Shown here piece by piece: positions 60,526 through 64,000 of a stretch of DNA of 64,000 nt. The position numbers were made by a program, and so were the translations under genes. Below the pieces are notes generated by a model, which was not told the origin of the DNA, searched no databases, and saw nothing but the letters and a program-made list of their open reading frames with translations. The stretch is from an uncultured Prevotella sp. Its GTDB lineage: Bacteria > Bacteroidota > Bacteroidia > Bacteroidales > Bacteroidaceae. How positions within the stretch are numbered: position 1 is the first letter of the stretch; each line of letters begins with the position of its first letter. The stretch is from positions 1,474 through 65,473 of the forward strand of contig UQTI01000004.1 in the NCBI GenBank assembly GCA_900543975.1. The letters are read 5' to 3'.

Positions 60526-60881
60526 AAGACTTGAAAGAAGATTTGCAAGTTTGTTCTGTTTTTCAAGACAAACATTTAAAGACAAAATATAAAGACAACT
60601 CTTGGATAACTTTTGTGTTTATCCAAGAGTTGTCTTTTATGTTTTATAACAGGCAGATTTTTATCTGCTTTTTTTATTCCGCGACCTTTTCTTTACATTT
60701 TTAAAAGCGATAAAAACAATATAACAATTATTATATTGTGACTAAAAAACTGTCAGCTTCCACATGGAAAAATCCATAGCAGAAACTGACAGCCTTGTTT
60801 TAAAAAGTCTTGTTTATAAAGCCTTGATTAAAAAGCTTCATTTATAACTAACAGCCGAGAGGTCTCAACTATTTGCTTTCA

Positions 60882-63800
60882 TTAATACTCACCCCAAGCC
60901 TTGATGCCAATATCCTCAAGCTTCGTTGTACAGAAGGCGTAGATGAACGCACTTGCGAGACGGGCATTGGTGAGAAGAGGCACGTTAAGGTCGATAGAGG
61001 CGCGACGGATCTTGTAGCCGTTGCTAAGCTCAGAACTTGTTAGGTTCTTCGGGATGTTGACAACCATATCGATGGTATGGTCGTGCAACAGATCGAGAGC
61101 CTTGGGCTCATCACCCTCCTCTGATGGCCAGAGCACATGGGTGTTCTCGATGCCGTTCTCTGTAAGGAACTTGCTTGTACCGCCTGTTGCATAAAGTTTG
61201 TAACCATTGTCAATGAGCATCTTTGCAGCATCAAGCATTTCAACCTTTTGCTTGGCACCACCTGTAGAAAGAAGAATGTTCTTCTTCGGTATGCGATAGC
61301 CTACAGAGAGCATGCTCTTGAGCAAGGCTGTGTTTGTATCGTCGCCCAAGCAACCTACCTCGCCTGTAGAACTCATGTCTACGCCAAGCACAGGGTCGGC
61401 CTTCTGTAAACGGTTGAACGAGAACTGCGAAGCCTTGATGCCAACATAGTCGAGATCGAACAGGTTCTTGTTGGGCTTTTCTACGGGCAGACCGAGCATT
61501 ACGCGAGTGGCAAGCTCGATAAGGTTGATCTTCAGCACCTTGCTCACGAACGGGAACGAACGCGAAGCACGGAGGTTACACTCGATAACGAGGATGTCGT
61601 TGTCGCGGGCCATAAACTGAATGTTGAACGGGCCGTTGATATGAAGCTCCTTGGCAATTTGACGGCCTACACGCTTACAACGGCGAACGGTCTCAACATA
61701 CAGTTTTTGAGGCGGGAACTGGATGGTGGCGTCACCTGAGTGGACACCAGCAAACTCGATGTGTTCAGAAATGGCGTAAGCAATAACCTCTCCATTCTTT
61801 GCAACAGCATCCATCTCAATCTCCTTGGCGTGCTCGATAAACTTGCTCACAACAACAGGATGGTCCTCGCTAACGTTGGCAGCCAACTGGAGGAAGCGTT
61901 TCAGCTCATCCTCGTTAGAGCAAACGTTCATGGCTGCACCTGAGAGAACGTATGACGGGCGCACAAGAACGGGGAAGCCTACACGCTCTATAAAGCGGTC
62001 GATATCTTCCATGCTTGTAAGTGCGCTCCACTCGGGCTGGTTGATGCCGTTGTTGGTAAGCATCTGAGAGAACTTGGCGCGGTCCTCGGCGTTGTCAATG
62101 TCCTGAGCCTTGGTACCAAGGATAGGTACATGCTGCTCATCGAGAAGCACAGCAAGGTTGTTAGGAATCTGACCACCTGTAGACACAATCACACCATGAG
62201 GTGTCTCAAGGTCGATGATGTCCATAACGCGCTCGAAGGTGAGCTCATCGAAATAGAGACGGTCGCACATGTCGTAATCGGTTGACACGGTCTCGGGGTT
62301 ATAGTTTATCATTACCGAACGGAAACCCTCCTTGCGGATGGTGTTGAGAGCTTGAACACCACACCAGTCGAACTCAACAGATGAGCCGATGCGGTAAGCT
62401 CCAGAACCGAGCACGATAATTGAACGCTTGTCGTTCTCATACTTTATATCGCTATTTACGCCAGCATAAGTGACGTACAGATAGTTGGTCTGTGCAGGAT
62501 ACTCGGCAGCCAAGGTATCGATCTGCTTAACAACAGGCAGGATGCCATAATTCTTACGACGTGAACGCACAACAAGCGATGCCTTACGCATAGACTTAAG
62601 CTCGTCTTCAAGACCAACGGCACGCGCAATCTGGAAATCGGTAAAGCCGTAAACCTTGGCTGTGCGGAGGAGATCCTTGTCGAGGGTGTTGATGTTGCAT
62701 TTCTTCATCTCCTCATCGATGTCGATGATGTGCTGCAACTTTTCAAGGAACCACTTGTCAATCTTGGTAAGTTCGTGAATCTGGTCTACAGTATAGCCTT
62801 TATGCATGGCCTTGGAGATTACGAACACACGCTTGTCTGTAGGCTCGCGAAGAGCAGCATCGATATCCTCAATCTCAAGTTCCTTATTCTCAACAAAGCC
62901 GTGCATGCCCTGGCCAATCATGCGAAGACCCTTCTGAATGGCCTCCTCAAAATTGCGGCCAATGGCCATAACCTCACCTACCGACTTCATTGAAGAACCG
63001 AGCTCTTTGTCTACGCCACGGAACTTTGAAAGGTCCCAACGTGGTATTTTGCAGACAACATAGTCAAGTGCAGGTTCGAAGAAGGCGCTTGTGGTCTTGG
63101 TTACTGAGTTTTTCAGCTCAAACAAACCGTAACCCATGCCGAGTTTAGCTGCAACAAAGGCGAGAGGATAACCTGTAGCCTTAGAAGCAAGAGCAGAAGA
63201 ACGGCTCAGACGAGCATTTACCTCGATAACACGATAGTCTTCCGACTGTGGGTCAAAAGCATACTGAACATTACACTCACCCACGATACCGATATGACGG
63301 ATAATCTTGATGGCAAGGGCACGAAGTTTATGATATTCTGAGTTGGTAAGAGTCTGTGAAGGAGCAATAACAATTGACTCGCCGGTATGGATGCCCAGAG
63401 GGTCAAAGTTCTCCATGTTACATACTGTAATACAGTTGTCGTAACGGTCGCGAACAACCTCATACTCAATCTCTTTCCAACCTTTGAGACTCTTCTCTAC
63501 CAACACCTGGGGAGAGAAAGAGAATGCCTTCTCGGCGAGCTTGTTAAGCTCCTCCTCGTTGTCGGCAAAGCCTGAGCCAAGACCTCCAAGTGCGTATGCA
63601 GCACGGATGATAACAGGATAACCCAAATCAGCAGCAGCCTTACGGGTTTGCTCTATAGTCTCACACGCCTCGCTCTTTATGGTCTTGACATTAATCTCGT
63701 CAAGCTTCTGAACAAAGAGCTCACGGTCCTCGGTATCCATTATGGCTTGAACGGGAGTTCCAAGCACCTTAACATTATATTTCTCAAGAATGCCCTGGCG

Positions 63801-64000
63801 GTAGAGTTCAACGCCACAGTTGAGCGCTGTCTGTCCGCCAAACGACAACAAGATGCCGTCGGGACGCTCTTTCTTTATTACCTCCTCAACAAAGTAAGGC
63901 TGTACAGGAAGGAAATAGATCTGATCAGCTACGCCCTCTGAGGTCTGCACGGTTGCGATGTTTGGGTTTATAAGAACTGTTTTAACACCTTCCTCGCGCA
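60882..64000 (-). CDS. carB: carbamoyl-phosphate synthase large subunit (N-terminus lies beyond the window end)
   Basis: More than 1020 aa with two ATP-grasp domains, an oligomerisation domain and a C-terminal MGS-like domain. The ORF is open at the window end. Confidence 0.9.
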   Translation of the reverse strand, partial: REEGVKTVLINPNIATVQTSEGVADQIYFLPVQPYFVEEVIKKERPDGILLSFGGQTALNCGVELYRQGILEKYNVKVLGTPVQAIMDTEDRELFVQKLDEINVKTIKSEACETIEQTRKAAADLGYPVIIRAAYALGGLGSGFADNEEELNKLAEKAFSFSPQVLVEKSLKGWKEIEYEVVRDRYDNCITVCNMENFDPLGIHTGESIVIAPSQTLTNSEYHKLRALAIKIIRHIGIVGECNVQYAFDPQSEDYRVIEVNARLSRSSALASKATGYPLAFVAAKLGMGYGLFELKNSVTKTTSAFFEPALDYVVCKIPRWDLSKFRGVDKELGSSMKSVGEVMAIGRNFEEAIQKGLRMIGQGMHGFVENKELEIEDIDAALREPTDKRVFVISKAMHKGYTVDQIHELTKIDKWFLEKLQHIIDIDEEMKKCNINTLDKDLLRTAKVYGFTDFQIARAVGLEDELKSMRKASLVVRSRRKNYGILPVVKQIDTLAAEYPAQTNYLYVTYAGVNSDIKYENDKRSIIVLGSGAYRIGSSVEFDWCGVQALNTIRKEGFRSVMINYNPETVSTDYDMCDRLYFDELTFERVMDIIDLETPHGVIVSTGGQIPNNLAVLLDEQHVPILGTKAQDIDNAEDRAKFSQMLTNNGINQPEWSALTSMEDIDRFIERVGFPVLVRPSYVLSGAAMNVCSNEDELKRFLQLAANVSEDHPVVVSKFIEHAKEIEMDAVAKNGEVIAYAISEHIEFAGVHSGDATIQFPPQKLYVETVRRCKRVGRQIAKELHINGPFNIQFMARDNDILVIECNLRASRSFPFVSKVLKINLIELATRVMLGLPVEKPNKNLFDLDYVGIKASQFSFNRLQKADPVLGVDMSSTGEVGCLGDDTNTALLKSMLSVGYRIPKKNILLSTGGAKQKVEMLDAAKMLIDNGYKLYATGGTSKFLTENGIENTHVLWPSEEGDEPKALDLLHDHTIDMVVNIPKNLTSSELSNGYKIRRASIDLNVPLLTNARLASAFIYAFCTTKLEDIGIKAWGEY

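Overview
This 64 kb window looks like a core chromosomal segment of a Bacteroidota (Bacteroidales, Prevotella-like) genome. GC is about 50%, there are no Shine-Dalgarno sequences, a TAnnTTTG -7 promoter motif sits upstream of rpoD, and the gene orders are typical of the group. Coding density is high and most genes are on the minus strand. Housekeeping content, in order: phosphoglucomutase; a canonical HU gene overlapping a long HU-TM-LysM protein; rimO; ftsY; a DbpA-like DEAD-box helicase; two TPR lipoprotein paralogs; gyrA; rpmB-rpmG-DUF4295; galE; an rseC-rnfBCDGEA operon; a leuA-leuC-leuD-cimA/leuA2-leuB operon; dnaB; a TetR regulator divergent from maeB; ispE; Nudix; a hotdog thioesterase; ettA; an orphan vsr; yigZ; DUF1015; serC and serA; trmO; an ACT/UPF0210 pair; rpoD; panB; an MBL hydrolase; pheS; and a partial carB. 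Three regions stand out. (1) 50851-55269: a protein fusing an HPr-kinase-like P-loop domain to an S26/S24-type signal-peptidase-like domain, translationally coupled to a PqqD-like (RiPP recognition element) protein. It is flanked by a small secreted Lys/Ala-rich protein and a convergent ABC ATPase plus FtsX-like permease. This is a candidate peptide-modification and export locus that matches no canonical RiPP class. (2) 40720-42037: a 1.3 kb non-coding block carrying two architecturally identical palindromic elements next to the orphan vsr. (3) 45127-45561: a roughly 430 bp MITE-like composite palindrome inserted between serC and serA. It carries an interspersed repeat (CGCTCGGCT...GCCTAAGCAAGAA) that recurs at 43987 and 47870. 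I found no rRNA, tRNA or CRISPR array.
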